Assembly (NCBI GenBank): GCA_021159185.1
Contig: JAGGSH010000012.1
Location: forward strand, 1,235-65,234
From: a bacterium
Lineage (GTDB): Bacteria > Patescibacteriota > Minisyncoccia > Moranbacterales > UBA9337
Reading direction: 5' to 3'
DNA length: 64,000 nt
Positions 18,149 through 27,364 of the stretch are shown one piece after another. Position 1 is the first letter of the stretch. Each line of letters opens with the position of its first letter. The position numbers and the translations under genes are program-made. The notes under the pieces were generated by a model. That model was not told where the DNA came from and searched no databases. It saw nothing but the letters and a program-made list of their open reading frames with translations.

Positions 18149-18259
18149 ATTATTTTTAAACTCACAATTTATAATTTATCTTGTAACTTGCAGCTCAAGA
18201 AAGAAAAATTATAAATCTTAATTCTTAAGTTTCGAGTTACGCGTTACAAGTTACGTGTT

Positions 18260-18373
18260 TTACCCTTGTCTCTGTTTATGTCTCGGATTAGAACAAATCA
18301 CATAGAGTCTTCCTCTGCGCTTCACTATTTTGCACTTATCGCACATTTTTTTAACTGACGCTCTAACTTTCAT
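18260..18373 (-). CDS. rpmJ: 50S ribosomal protein L36
   Basis: Not in the ORF track (37 aa). The minus strand reads [37 protein letters not shown], canonical L36. Its ATG overlaps the infA TGA as ATGA. Confidence 0.9.
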   Translation of the reverse strand: MKVRASVKKMCDKCKIVKRRGRLYVICSNPRHKQRQG

Positions 18374-18582
18374 AGCCTTTGAGTTATTCTTCCTTTAGTT
18401 AAATCATAAGGACTCATTTCCAATAAAACTTTATCCCCCGGCAATAATCGAATATAATTAACTCTCATTCTACCCGAAATGTGGGCTAAGATTTCATGGC
18501 CATTCTCCAGCTTAACTTTAAAAGTGGTGCTGGGCAATGTTTCCATAACTACGCCCTCAAGTTTTATTAATTCTTTTCCCAT
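18370..18582 (-). CDS. infA: translation initiation factor IF-1
   Basis: [64 protein letters not shown] is canonical IF-1. Confidence 0.93.
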   Translation of the reverse strand: MGKELIKLEGVVMETLPSTTFKVKLENGHEILAHISGRMRVNYIRLLPGDKVLLEMSPYDLTKGRITQRL

Positions 18583-18749
18583 ATTAAAGCCAATATAAAA
18601 ATAGAGGGACTTTTTCTTCTCCGGCTAAAAATCGGAGAAGTGTTAACAAGCCAGTCCTAATTCTTGAAACTTGAGTTCTGCTGAAAAACAGCAGACCAAT
18701 GAAACCTCTATTTTAAAACTTCTATTAAATTTTCCAAATGTCTTAATCC

Positions 18750-18777
18750 ATACTAACAAGTATTAAAATTTTGTCAA
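18750..18777 (-). promoter_or_regulatory. putative sigma70-like promoter for the infA-rpmJ-rpsK-rpsM-rpsD-rpoA-rplQ cluster
   Basis: Minus strand shows TTGACA, a 16-nt spacer, then TAGTAT, ~170 nt upstream of infA. Two hairpins (CTTCTCCG..CGGAGAAG, TCTGCTG..CAGCAGA) lie in the leader. Inferred by eye only. Confidence 0.3.
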
Positions 18778-19590
18778 ATAAAATTGGTTGCAGCGATAGC
18801 GGGAAGAATTAATAAGCGTAAATATATTCAAAATAATAGATAAGACCAATATTATTGGCAGAATAACCCATGCCATGCCACTTAATATATTCCGATTATC
18901 ATTTAAGCTTCCCCTTACTATAATCATTTCTTTACTTTCTTCTTCATCATTTTTCACTTGAGCAATTATTTCTCTAGCTTCGGGATTGTTGCTTGCGTTG
19001 AATTCAACAGTTTCATAAATTAAACTATCCGATTCGCTTTTAGCGTTACTTTTAATTTCACCTGTTTGCGATAATACAATTGCGCCTGCCTCGCGCGCGC
19101 CAAATATCTGAACCGTTACAACAGCTTCTTTTCCATTGATATTTCCTTTTTTAACCGCCACTCCTATTTCTTTATAATTAGAATTGATAATATTTTTGCG
19201 GTGCTCCAAACTTTCCATCCAAGCCTTGTGCTGATTTTCAGCGCTGGAAAAATTTATAGCCAGATTTTCTCCCGCGTATATGTAGTCGTATTCGTTCTTC
19301 TCGATCCAATGCCAAGGAGTTAATCCGTTGGGAGAAGTATGGGCAAAATAATTATTACTTATCATATCTTCGGATTTTTCTTGAGCAGCCCGTGAAAGCT
19401 GATAATTTTCCGTTAAAATATCCAGCCCTATGGATTTTCTTTCCTTATTTACTAGTTCAATAACATTTTCAGCTGTTATTTCTTTCGCCCAAACTATCTG
19501 ACTGTTCGCGAATAATCCCAAAAACAGCCCGCTTGTTAACAGCGCTAGCGATAGTATTTTTTTACTTTTATTGATATTCTTGGCTTTCAT
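18763..19590 (-). CDS. CAP (SCP/PR-1-like) domain protein, membrane-anchored
   Basis: N-terminal signal/TM. YFAHTSPNG...GENLA...HRKNIINSNYKEIGVAV resembles bacterial CAP/YkwD-like domains. C-terminal TM helix. Confidence 0.55.
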   Translation of the reverse strand: MKAKNINKSKKILSLALLTSGLFLGLFANSQIVWAKEITAENVIELVNKERKSIGLDILTENYQLSRAAQEKSEDMISNNYFAHTSPNGLTPWHWIEKNEYDYIYAGENLAINFSSAENQHKAWMESLEHRKNIINSNYKEIGVAVKKGNINGKEAVVTVQIFGAREAGAIVLSQTGEIKSNAKSESDSLIYETVEFNASNNPEAREIIAQVKNDEEESKEMIIVRGSLNDNRNILSGMAWVILPIILVLSIILNIFTLINSSRYRCNQFYLTKF

Positions 19591-19731
19591 AAGCTGTTTT
19601 TAAATACAAAAAAGGCGTCTCACCCATTTGAAACACCCTTGCTTTATTTTCTTCACTATATTCATTATATCTTATTTAAAACAAAAAGTCAAGCTTTGCG
19701 CCTTAATTTAATTTACGCTAGTATTACAGTT

Positions 19732-21330
19732 ATGGATAGTGCAAGAAGAAAAGTTTTGTCTCGGCAAGAAAAATATCATACTCCGCCGGTTTCTAAATTT
19801 TCTCCCCCTAAAAGAAACGGGGGAAGAAAAATTTGGATTAAAATTTTAAGTGGCATTTTTTTGCTGGCGACTTTTTTGTTTTTAAGTGGCGGCGCATATT
19901 TTGTTTGGAAAATTTGCTCCGTCAGCCAAAAGATTACGGTTGAGAATACTGAAAATAAAAAACCGGTGTCTTTAATAAAAAATGTCCATTCTATTATCGC
20001 CCCTATCGCTAATCCCAAAAAAAATCTCAAGCCTCTGGTGGGCGAAAAAGAAGGAAGAATTAATATCTTGCTCTTAGGGATCGCCGGAGAAAAAAACCCG
20101 GGCAAAAATTTGACCGACACTATAATGATAATGAGCGTAAATACTGACTCCAAGAAAGCGGCTTTACTCTCCCTGCCACGCGATTTTTACGCCAATATTC
20201 CCGGCGCGAACCGCCGGACTAAAATAAATTCCATTTACCAATACGGCCTGGACAACGACGCGGGAATAAATCCCGTTAAAAAGGCGGTAGAAAATATTAC
20301 CAATCTTAAAATCCATTATTTTTTAGTTATGGACTTTGAGGGATTTAAAAAAATCATAAACGATATCGGAGGAATTAATGTTTCCGTGGAAAAAGATATT
20401 TACGATCCCCGCTACCCGGGACCGAATTACAGCTACGAAACTTTTGAGATTAAAAAAGGGCTGCATAAAATGGACGGGGAAACAGCCCTTAAATACGCCC
20501 GCGAACGCCACAGTGATTCGGAAGGAGATTTTGGAAGAGCCAAAAGACAGCAAAAAGTGATTCAAGCCGTGAAAAACAAAATCTTCTCGCTTAGGACATT
20601 TTTAAATATTTTCACTCTTAATAAATTATTGGATGCTTTGGGGGGGAATATGAAAACCAACATTCAGCTGGACGAAATTGAAAGTTTTATAAACTTAAGC
20701 CGGCAAGTGGACAGCCAAAACATCACTACCGCCGTGGTGGACGCGTGGAAAAAAGACAGCCTGCTTAAAGTTTCCCACATCTTCTATGAAAACAAGCGAA
20801 TCTTTATTTTAATCCCCCGCGTGGGAAATTACAGCGAAATTCAAGATTTGGCGCAGAACATTTTTGATCTTGACATTATTCGCCGAAGGCAAGCGGAAAT
20901 TAAAAAAGAAGAAGCCAACATTGCTATCATCAACCAAAGCTCCGATTATAGCCTAGTTTTTAAAATAAAGAATCTCCTGGAAAAAGATTTGGGTTTTAAA
21001 AAAGCGGCGATTTTAAAAAGCGCAAGCGATGAAACGCGAAATCAAAGCGTCGCGATTGATCTAACTTTAGGCGAAAAGCCTTTCAGTCTGGATGAGATTA
21101 TAAAAAGACTGCCGGCGAAACTTGGGAATAATAGTGAAAGTGATATAATGGATTTATCCGCCAGCCTCCTTCCCTCTTTGGGAAAAGGTTGGAATGAGAA
21201 ATATGATTTTATAATCCTTCTTGGTGAAGATTTGGAAAAAATCTATTCTTTTGAAGAAGACTCGCTGGAAGATTTAAATAATACGGAATATAAACAGATG
21301 TATTTCAATCTATTAAATAGTAATAATTAA
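19732..21330 (+). CDS. LytR-CpsA-Psr (LCP) family cell-envelope phosphotransferase
   Basis: TM anchor, then INILLLGIAG...NLTDTIMIMSVN...LLSLPRDFYANIPG and ...GETALKYARERHSDSEGDFGRAKRQQKVIQA: an LCP catalytic domain plus a LytR_C-like tail. The start is ambiguous (the listed ORF begins at 19639; MDSARRKV at 19732 looks more plausible). Confidence 0.78.
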   Translation: MDSARRKVLSRQEKYHTPPVSKFSPPKRNGGRKIWIKILSGIFLLATFLFLSGGAYFVWKICSVSQKITVENTENKKPVSLIKNVHSIIAPIANPKKNLKPLVGEKEGRINILLLGIAGEKNPGKNLTDTIMIMSVNTDSKKAALLSLPRDFYANIPGANRRTKINSIYQYGLDNDAGINPVKKAVENITNLKIHYFLVMDFEGFKKIINDIGGINVSVEKDIYDPRYPGPNYSYETFEIKKGLHKMDGETALKYARERHSDSEGDFGRAKRQQKVIQAVKNKIFSLRTFLNIFTLNKLLDALGGNMKTNIQLDEIESFINLSRQVDSQNITTAVVDAWKKDSLLKVSHIFYENKRIFILIPRVGNYSEIQDLAQNIFDLDIIRRRQAEIKKEEANIAIINQSSDYSLVFKIKNLLEKDLGFKKAAILKSASDETRNQSVAIDLTLGEKPFSLDEIIKRLPAKLGNNSESDIMDLSASLLPSLGKGWNEKYDFIILLGEDLEKIYSFEEDSLEDLNNTEYKQMYFNLLNSNN

Positions 21331-21511
21331 ATTCGCGTTAAAATTTCAAATTCAAAATTCTAAATCTTAAATAATATCAAAACACAAAATCCAAATGTCT
21401 AAAACAGTTTTGAATTTGTAATTTTGGCAATTGAAATTTATTTGAGATTTGGCGCTTTGGATTTTGGATCTAATCCTTACTTCATAATACTTTATACTTT
21501 ATACTTAATAC

Positions 21512-22057
21512 ATGCTACTAATCATAGGTTTAGGCAATCCCGGAGAAGAATATAAAAAAACCAGGCACAATGCCGGGTTTATTATAATTGATGAACTGCG
21601 AAAAAAATGGAATCTCCCGGAATTCAAATTCAACAAAAAATTCAACGCCGAAGTTTCCAAAAAAAGTTGTGGGTTGTGGGTTATGGGTTGTGGGTTATTA
21701 TTAGTCAAGCCTCAATCTTTTATGAACCGCTCCGGTGAAGCTGTCCGTAAAATTATGGATTATTACAAATTAACTCCTAAAAATATCATTGTCATTCACG
21801 ATGATCTGGACATAGAAATCGGAAAATATAAAATCTCTGCCAATTCATCTTCCGCCGGACATAAAGGCGTCCAGTCTATCATTGACAATCTCGGAACGCA
21901 AAAATTTAAAAGAATCAGAATTGGCGTGGAAAAAGCCGGCGGAAGAAAAAACCGTGGAAAAATTTCAGGAAACGACTTTGTTTTGCAAGATTTTGAGGAA
22001 GAGGAAATTGAGAAAGTAAGAAAAATGGTGGGAGATATTAAAAAAGAAATAAAATAA
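21512..22057 (+). CDS. pth: peptidyl-tRNA hydrolase
   Basis: MLLIIGLGNPGEEYKKTRHNAGFIIIDEL...VKPQSFMNRSGEAV...IVIHDDLD is canonical Pth. Confidence 0.92.
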   Translation: MLLIIGLGNPGEEYKKTRHNAGFIIIDELRKKWNLPEFKFNKKFNAEVSKKSCGLWVMGCGLLLVKPQSFMNRSGEAVRKIMDYYKLTPKNIIVIHDDLDIEIGKYKISANSSSAGHKGVQSIIDNLGTQKFKRIRIGVEKAGGRKNRGKISGNDFVLQDFEEEEIEKVRKMVGDIKKEIK

Positions 22058-22115
22058 AAAGAAGCCACTGATATCTACCAATGGCTTCGGTTTGCATAAA
22101 CACTAGAAAACAGCT

Positions 22116-22451
22116 TCACGATTTCTTTTCTTTCAGCCCTTTCAACAACTTATACCCTTTCGGAATTTCAAATGTAGCCTTCACTAGCTTTCTTATCGTG
22201 CTTTCGCCACTGAGATCATCAGACGACCAGAGACTTTTTACAACATATCGTAGCGTTAATCTTGGCTTAATCCCGTTTCGATAAGTGATACTGACTACAT
22301 TAAGAGGAATATCTAAAATCGCGACTCCATTTTCTTGTTGACCTATAACTATAAATCTATCAACTGAAGCGAATACCCTCTCGGGAATAAACTTAACCTC
22401 CTTGACTTTGTAACTTTCCTCTACAAAATGTGATGACACTGACACTGGCAT
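22116..22451 (-). CDS. hypothetical protein
   Basis: 111-aa ORF with a perfect AGGAGG RBS. No recognisable family. Divergent from 22717..23010 across a structured 265-bp spacer. Confidence 0.5.
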   Translation of the reverse strand: MPVSVSSHFVEESYKVKEVKFIPERVFASVDRFIVIGQQENGVAILDIPLNVVSITYRNGIKPRLTLRYVVKSLWSSDDLSGESTIRKLVKATFEIPKGYKLLKGLKEKKS

Positions 22452-22716
22452 GATAATTTCCTCCTATCTTTTTCAATTTTCAAAGAATAAGTTCTACTTT
22501 TAATTTCTCTGGAATGATTTCCAGAATTCCGCCCGCAGTGGCATCCTTTTCTGAAAAATCAGAATTGAATGCGCTCAACTTACTAAGGCGAAACAAGGAG
22601 GATATTCGCCGGTTCAACTGCGGGCGGAATTCTAAAAACCAATATTTAAAATGACCCCAAAATGTAGCAGATTAGCAGAATTTGTCAAGGTTCTGTTTCT
22701 CTGATATGCTGAAACT

Positions 22717-23010
22717 ATGCAAGCGAAAAAGAAAACCGGAAAAAAAGTAAAAGCGAGAAAAGCTTCTCCGAAACTTGTTTTAAAAAAAGAAGATCAGTTT
22801 GGCGTTATTCTGGAAGATATAAATTCCAAATTTGATTATCTCGCGGAGGGTTACGATATTTTAAATTCCAAGTTTGATGCTTTGGACGCTAAGGTTGATA
22901 AAAACCACGGGGAATTCAAAGAATTTCGCGATGAAGCTAACAGTAAATTTAATACTATTCTCCAGCAGCTTTTTAATATTGACGACGAACTGCAATTCAT
23001 AAAGTCGTAA
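22717..23010 (+). CDS. hypothetical K-rich / coiled-coil protein
   Basis: 97-aa ORF: basic N-terminus, then helical repeats (SKFDYLAEGYDILNSKFDALDAKVDK). Confidence 0.45.
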   Translation: MQAKKKTGKKVKARKASPKLVLKKEDQFGVILEDINSKFDYLAEGYDILNSKFDALDAKVDKNHGEFKEFRDEANSKFNTILQQLFNIDDELQFIKS

Positions 23011-23025
23011 ATTACGGGGTTGAGA

Positions 23026-23142
23026 ATGGAGCTTAAAAAGAAAGCGAATTTGGACCGTTTGGAATCACTGGAAAAAAGAGTCAGGAAGTTGGAAGCCAGC
23101 AATGTAAAACTGCGCGCTTTAGCAATACAGCCCAAATCCTGA
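23026..23142 (+). CDS. possible 38-aa coiled-coil peptide (MELKKKANLDRLESLEKRVRKLEASNVKLRALAIQPKS)
   Basis: Unlisted small ORF immediately downstream of 22717..23010 with leucine-heptad periodicity. Weak RBS. Confidence 0.2.
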   Translation: MELKKKANLDRLESLEKRVRKLEASNVKLRALAIQPKS

Positions 23143-23479
23143 AATCTAAAAATTTAGCATAAGTCTGGAAAACGAATTTCTAAAGTTCGTTTTTTATTTG
23201 TGCTATAATAAATTGTAGGATTCACTGGCATTATTTACAGTTTTTGAAATATTATTTTTCAAATTATAAAAATAAAAATCACAAATCCAAAGCACCAAAT
23301 TCCAAATAAATCATAATGCTCAAAATCCAAATATTCAAAACTGTTTTGGATTTTAAGCATTGTAATTTGTAATTTATTTGGAGCTTGTAATTTTGAATTT
23401 TTCAAAGTTTAGGTTGTTTTCTCAAAAATTATAATTTGGAAAAATGTAAATAACACTAGATAATCTAACAAATAGCCCC

Positions 23480-24556
23480 ATGAAATACTTGAACGCCTTG
23501 AATAAAATATCGGGAGTGGGATCGCAAAAAATCAGGAAGCTGATTGGCTTTTTTGGAAGCGCGGAAAAAGCTTGGAACGCCGGCTCCCGAGAGCTTGCCA
23601 AAAGTGGTATTGAGGAAAAAATAGTCGGAAATATTTTAGCCGAAAGAGAAAAAATTAATTCCGACGAGGAATGGGAAAGGATGATAAAAGAAGATATAGA
23701 AATGATCACTGCGGAAGATGAGAATTATCCGAAGTTGCTCAAAGAAATTCCCAATCCTCCCTACTCCTTATACATAAAAGGTGAAATGAATTTTAATTCC
23801 CGCCCGATGATTACCATAGTGGGATCGCGCAAGCTTACCAGCTACGGCAAGCAAGCCGCCCGCGGTTTGGCGCGCGATTTATCCCAGGCCGGGATTACGA
23901 TTGTCAGCGGAATGGCTTTGGGAATTGATGCCGCCGCCCATCGCGGAGCGCTGGACACTAAAGGAAAAACTATCGCCGTTTTGGGAAGCGGGCTGGATGA
24001 CAGAAATATCGGTCCGCAGACAAATTTCAATTTATCCAGAGAAATAATTTTTTCCGGAGCGCTGGTGAGCGATTACCCTGCGGGAACTCCGGCTCTCCCA
24101 GGTTCTTTCCCCGCCCGCAATCGCATAATGGCGGGGATGGCTTTGGGAACATTAGTCATTGAATCCGCCCAGGCCAGTGGCACGCTCATCACCGCCAATT
24201 TGGCCTTGGATTTTAATCGAGAAATTTTTGCCGTCCCTGGTTCAATTTTCTCCCCTGTTTCTGAAGGAACTAACCAGCTTATAAAATCAGGCGCTAAACC
24301 GGTTACTTGCGCCAAAGATATTTTGGAAGAATTAAATATTGAAAAAATAAAAGAAGCGGAGAAAATAAAAAAGATAATTCCGGATTCCCCGGAAGAAGAA
24401 AGGATCTTAAAAATTTTGTCCGGCGAGCCACTTCATATTGACAAGATAATTAAACTCTCTAAACTGAAAACCAGCGTTGCCAGTTCCACCATCGCCATTA
24501 TGGAAATGAAAGGAATGATAAAAAATATGGGCGGGCAGAACTATATGGTGATATAA
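23480..24556 (+). CDS. dprA: DNA processing protein DprA
   Basis: Rossmann-like DprA core VGSRK.T.YG....LA..L...G.TIVSG.A.GID..AH.GAL....TIAVLGSGLD ... FPARNRIM. C-terminal winged-helix-like tail. Confidence 0.9.
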   Translation: MKYLNALNKISGVGSQKIRKLIGFFGSAEKAWNAGSRELAKSGIEEKIVGNILAEREKINSDEEWERMIKEDIEMITAEDENYPKLLKEIPNPPYSLYIKGEMNFNSRPMITIVGSRKLTSYGKQAARGLARDLSQAGITIVSGMALGIDAAAHRGALDTKGKTIAVLGSGLDDRNIGPQTNFNLSREIIFSGALVSDYPAGTPALPGSFPARNRIMAGMALGTLVIESAQASGTLITANLALDFNREIFAVPGSIFSPVSEGTNQLIKSGAKPVTCAKDILEELNIEKIKEAEKIKKIIPDSPEEERILKILSGEPLHIDKIIKLSKLKTSVASSTIAIMEMKGMIKNMGGQNYMVI

Positions 24557-24576
24557 TTTCAAAATCTAAAATCCAA

Positions 24577-24957
24577 ATGCCAAATCAAACTCAAAATCCA
24601 AAAAACAAAAAATACGATCTTGAAGAAAGAACGGCTATTTTTGGAGAAAATACAATAAAGTTTGTAAAAACTTTGCAAAATAATAATATAAACAAACCAA
24701 TTATATCCCAGCTAATACGATCAGCAACTAGTGTGGGCGCTAATTACTGTGAGGCAGACGGAGCGGAGTCAAAAAAAGATTTTCAGCACAAAATTGCGCT
24801 TTGTAAAAAAGAAGGGAAGGAAACGAAATATTGGTTTCGGATGCTCTCCGTGGTAAATCCTGAACAAAAAGAAAAATGTAGAGAATTATGGAAAGAAACT
24901 CATGAGCTAGTTTTAATTTTTTCTAAGATAATAAACAACTCTAAAAAGAAAAAATAA
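24577..24957 (+). CDS. four-helix-bundle protein (23S rRNA intervening-sequence / Avd-like family)
   Basis: YDLEERT..F......QLIRSATSVGANYCEADGAESKKDFQHKIALCKKEGKETKYWFRML matches the conserved pattern of TIGR02436-type four-helix-bundle proteins. Confidence 0.7.
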   Translation: MPNQTQNPKNKKYDLEERTAIFGENTIKFVKTLQNNNINKPIISQLIRSATSVGANYCEADGAESKKDFQHKIALCKKEGKETKYWFRMLSVVNPEQKEKCRELWKETHELVLIFSKIINNSKKKK

Positions 24958-25072
24958 TTTTGGGTTTTATTATTTGGATTTGATTTGAAATTTGAATTTT
25001 GTAATTTAGGTTTAAAAATCTTAAAAACATCCTTTTACAATCTAAAAAATTACACGCTAATAAAAAACGATT

Positions 25073-27334
25073 ATGAACCTAGTAATAGTAGAGTCTCCCA
25101 CCAAAGCCAAGACTATTTCAAAATTTTTGGGCAAAGATTATGTCGTGAAATCTTCTTACGGACATGTTCGCGATCTGCCTAAAAATAAAATGGGTATTGA
25201 TATTAAAAATAATTTCAAGCCTGATTATGTTATTCCCGACAAAGCTAAGGAAAAAGTGGACGAGCTTAAAAAAATTTCCCAGAAATCCGACGAAATAATA
25301 TTAGCTACTGATGAAGACCGCGAAGGAGAAGCTATCGCTTGGCATCTTGTCTCTGCTTTAGAATTAAAAAAATTAAAATCAAAGAAAATTAAAAGGATAG
25401 TATTCCACGAAATAACTAAAAACGCTCTGGAAAAAGCGATGAAAAATACCAGAGAAGTTGACATTAATCTGGTCAACGCCCAGCAAGCCAGAAGAATTTT
25501 GGACCGGCTGGTTGGTTATGAATTGTCGCCGTTTCTTTGGAAAAAAATAAGACGCGGACTTTCAGCCGGAAGAGTCCAATCCATTGCTTTGCGTTTTATC
25601 GCAGAGCGCGAAAGGGAAATTGAAAAATTTAATAAAGAAGAATATTGGACAATCTCCGCTCAACTTAAAAAAGAAAATACAGAAGATAAAAATGGATTTG
25701 AAGCAGGTTTAATCAAGAAAAATGATAATAAAATAGAAGAAGTTATAACTTTAAAACTTTTTGCGGGAAATTATAAAACTAAAAAAACTATCATTGCCGA
25801 TAAGAAATCGGCTGATCATATCGCGACCGAATTAAAAAACGCTCGCTATAAAATTAAAGATATTGCCAAAAGGGAAATTAAACGAACACCGCCGCCACCG
25901 TTTACCACTTCCACTCTTCAACAAACGGCCATCAGCGCTTTGGGATTTTCTTCAAAGCAAACAATGATGATCGCCCAAAAATTATATGAGAAAGGTTTCA
26001 TCACTTATATGCGAACTGACAGCCTTAATATGTCAATGGAATCAATGCTGTCTGCCAAAAAAATAATCGGAAAATTATTCGGCGAAGAATACGCTTTGGA
26101 AAATCCAAGATTTTTTAAAACTAAATCCAAAGGGGCGCAGGAAGCTCACGAAGCCATCCGCCCTTCCCATCCTGAAAAAACTCCCGACGAGCTCAGAAAA
26201 TCACTGGATCCCAAACAATATAAATTATACAAACTTATCTGGAGCAGAATGATAGCTTGCCAAATGCAACCAGCTGTTTTAAATTCAGTCAAGGTGATTA
26301 TTGAAGCTACTCCTAAAAAATCAAAGAATAATTATTCACTTCAAGCTAACGGATCTACCGTAAAATTTGACGGATTTTTGAAAGTTTACGGCGCGAAATA
26401 TTCAGCCAAAGAAAAACTTTTACCGCTATTGGAAATAGATGAACTTTTGAAATTAATCAGTTTGAATCCCGAGCAGAAATTTACTTCTCCCCCGCCTCGC
26501 TACAGTGAAGCAGCATTAGTCAAGATTTTGGAAGAACACGGAATCGGCCGCCCTTCAACTTACGCGCCGACTATTTCCACTATCATTGAAAGAGAGTATG
26601 TGGAAAAAAATGAAGAGAGAAAACTTTATCCTTTGGAAATCGGGCTTTTGGTAAATGATTTGCTGGTTAAGCATTTTGCCGATATCGTCAATCCTGAATT
26701 TACCGCTGAAATGGAAAACGATATGGATAAAATAGCTGTTAAAAAAAGGGAGTGGACTTCCGTAATTGGAAATTTCTATAAACCTTTCCATGAAAATTTA
26801 GTAAAGAAAACTGAGAAAGTTAAAAAAGAAGACTTAGTTGAAAAAGTTGGGCGAAAATGCAAGAAGTGCGGAGGAGATTTAGTGGTAAAATTCGGCCGTT
26901 TCGGAAAATTTATCGCTTGTTCAAATTATCCCGAATGCAAATATACCGAAAAAAACGAAGCGGATAAAAAAATTGAGAAAGAAAATAAGGGAGTGAAATG
27001 CGAAAAATGCGGAGCCAATATGATTGTCAAATACGGAAAATTCGGCGCTTTTTTGGGATGTTCCAATTATCCCAAGTGCAAAAATATCCAAAGGATTGAA
27101 AACAAGATAGGAATAAAATGCCCCAAGTGCGGAAAGGGAGAAATAGTGGAAAAGAAAACAAAAAAAGGTAGAATTTTTTACGCTTGCAATCGCTGGCCCG
27201 AATGCGACTTCGCTCTCTGGCAAAAACCCACCGGAGAAAAATGCCCCCGCTGCCAGTCCCCCCTCGTTTTTGCCGCTAAAGGAAAAATCAAATGCTCCAA
27301 CAAAGAATGCGGGTTTGAGAAAAATATAAATTAA
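25073..27334 (+). CDS. topA: DNA topoisomerase I with C-terminal C4 zinc ribbons
   Basis: TOPRIM MNLVIVESPTKAKTI...SSYGHVRDLP, catalytic Tyr region (ITYMRTDS), and 3-4 CxxC...CxxC zinc-ribbon repeats at the C-terminus. Confidence 0.95.
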   Translation: MNLVIVESPTKAKTISKFLGKDYVVKSSYGHVRDLPKNKMGIDIKNNFKPDYVIPDKAKEKVDELKKISQKSDEIILATDEDREGEAIAWHLVSALELKKLKSKKIKRIVFHEITKNALEKAMKNTREVDINLVNAQQARRILDRLVGYELSPFLWKKIRRGLSAGRVQSIALRFIAEREREIEKFNKEEYWTISAQLKKENTEDKNGFEAGLIKKNDNKIEEVITLKLFAGNYKTKKTIIADKKSADHIATELKNARYKIKDIAKREIKRTPPPPFTTSTLQQTAISALGFSSKQTMMIAQKLYEKGFITYMRTDSLNMSMESMLSAKKIIGKLFGEEYALENPRFFKTKSKGAQEAHEAIRPSHPEKTPDELRKSLDPKQYKLYKLIWSRMIACQMQPAVLNSVKVIIEATPKKSKNNYSLQANGSTVKFDGFLKVYGAKYSAKEKLLPLLEIDELLKLISLNPEQKFTSPPPRYSEAALVKILEEHGIGRPSTYAPTISTIIEREYVEKNEERKLYPLEIGLLVNDLLVKHFADIVNPEFTAEMENDMDKIAVKKREWTSVIGNFYKPFHENLVKKTEKVKKEDLVEKVGRKCKKCGGDLVVKFGRFGKFIACSNYPECKYTEKNEADKKIEKENKGVKCEKCGANMIVKYGKFGAFLGCSNYPKCKNIQRIENKIGIKCPKCGKGEIVEKKTKKGRIFYACNRWPECDFALWQKPTGEKCPRCQSPLVFAAKGKIKCSNKECGFEKNIN

Positions 27335-27364
27335 AAACCAATCTTTACTTTTAAGATTTGATTT

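Noticed and set aside
21665-21700. GTTGTGGGTT repeat in pth as an inserted element
   Set aside because: The encoded segment (KKSCGLWVMGCGLLLVKPQ) aligns in length with the normal Pth loop preceding the LLLKP motif. No extra residues are present, so it is just local sequence periodicity.
24577-24957. Diversity-generating retroelement centred on the Avd-like four-helix-bundle gene
   Set aside because: No reverse transcriptase ORF and no template/variable repeat pair are visible anywhere in the window.
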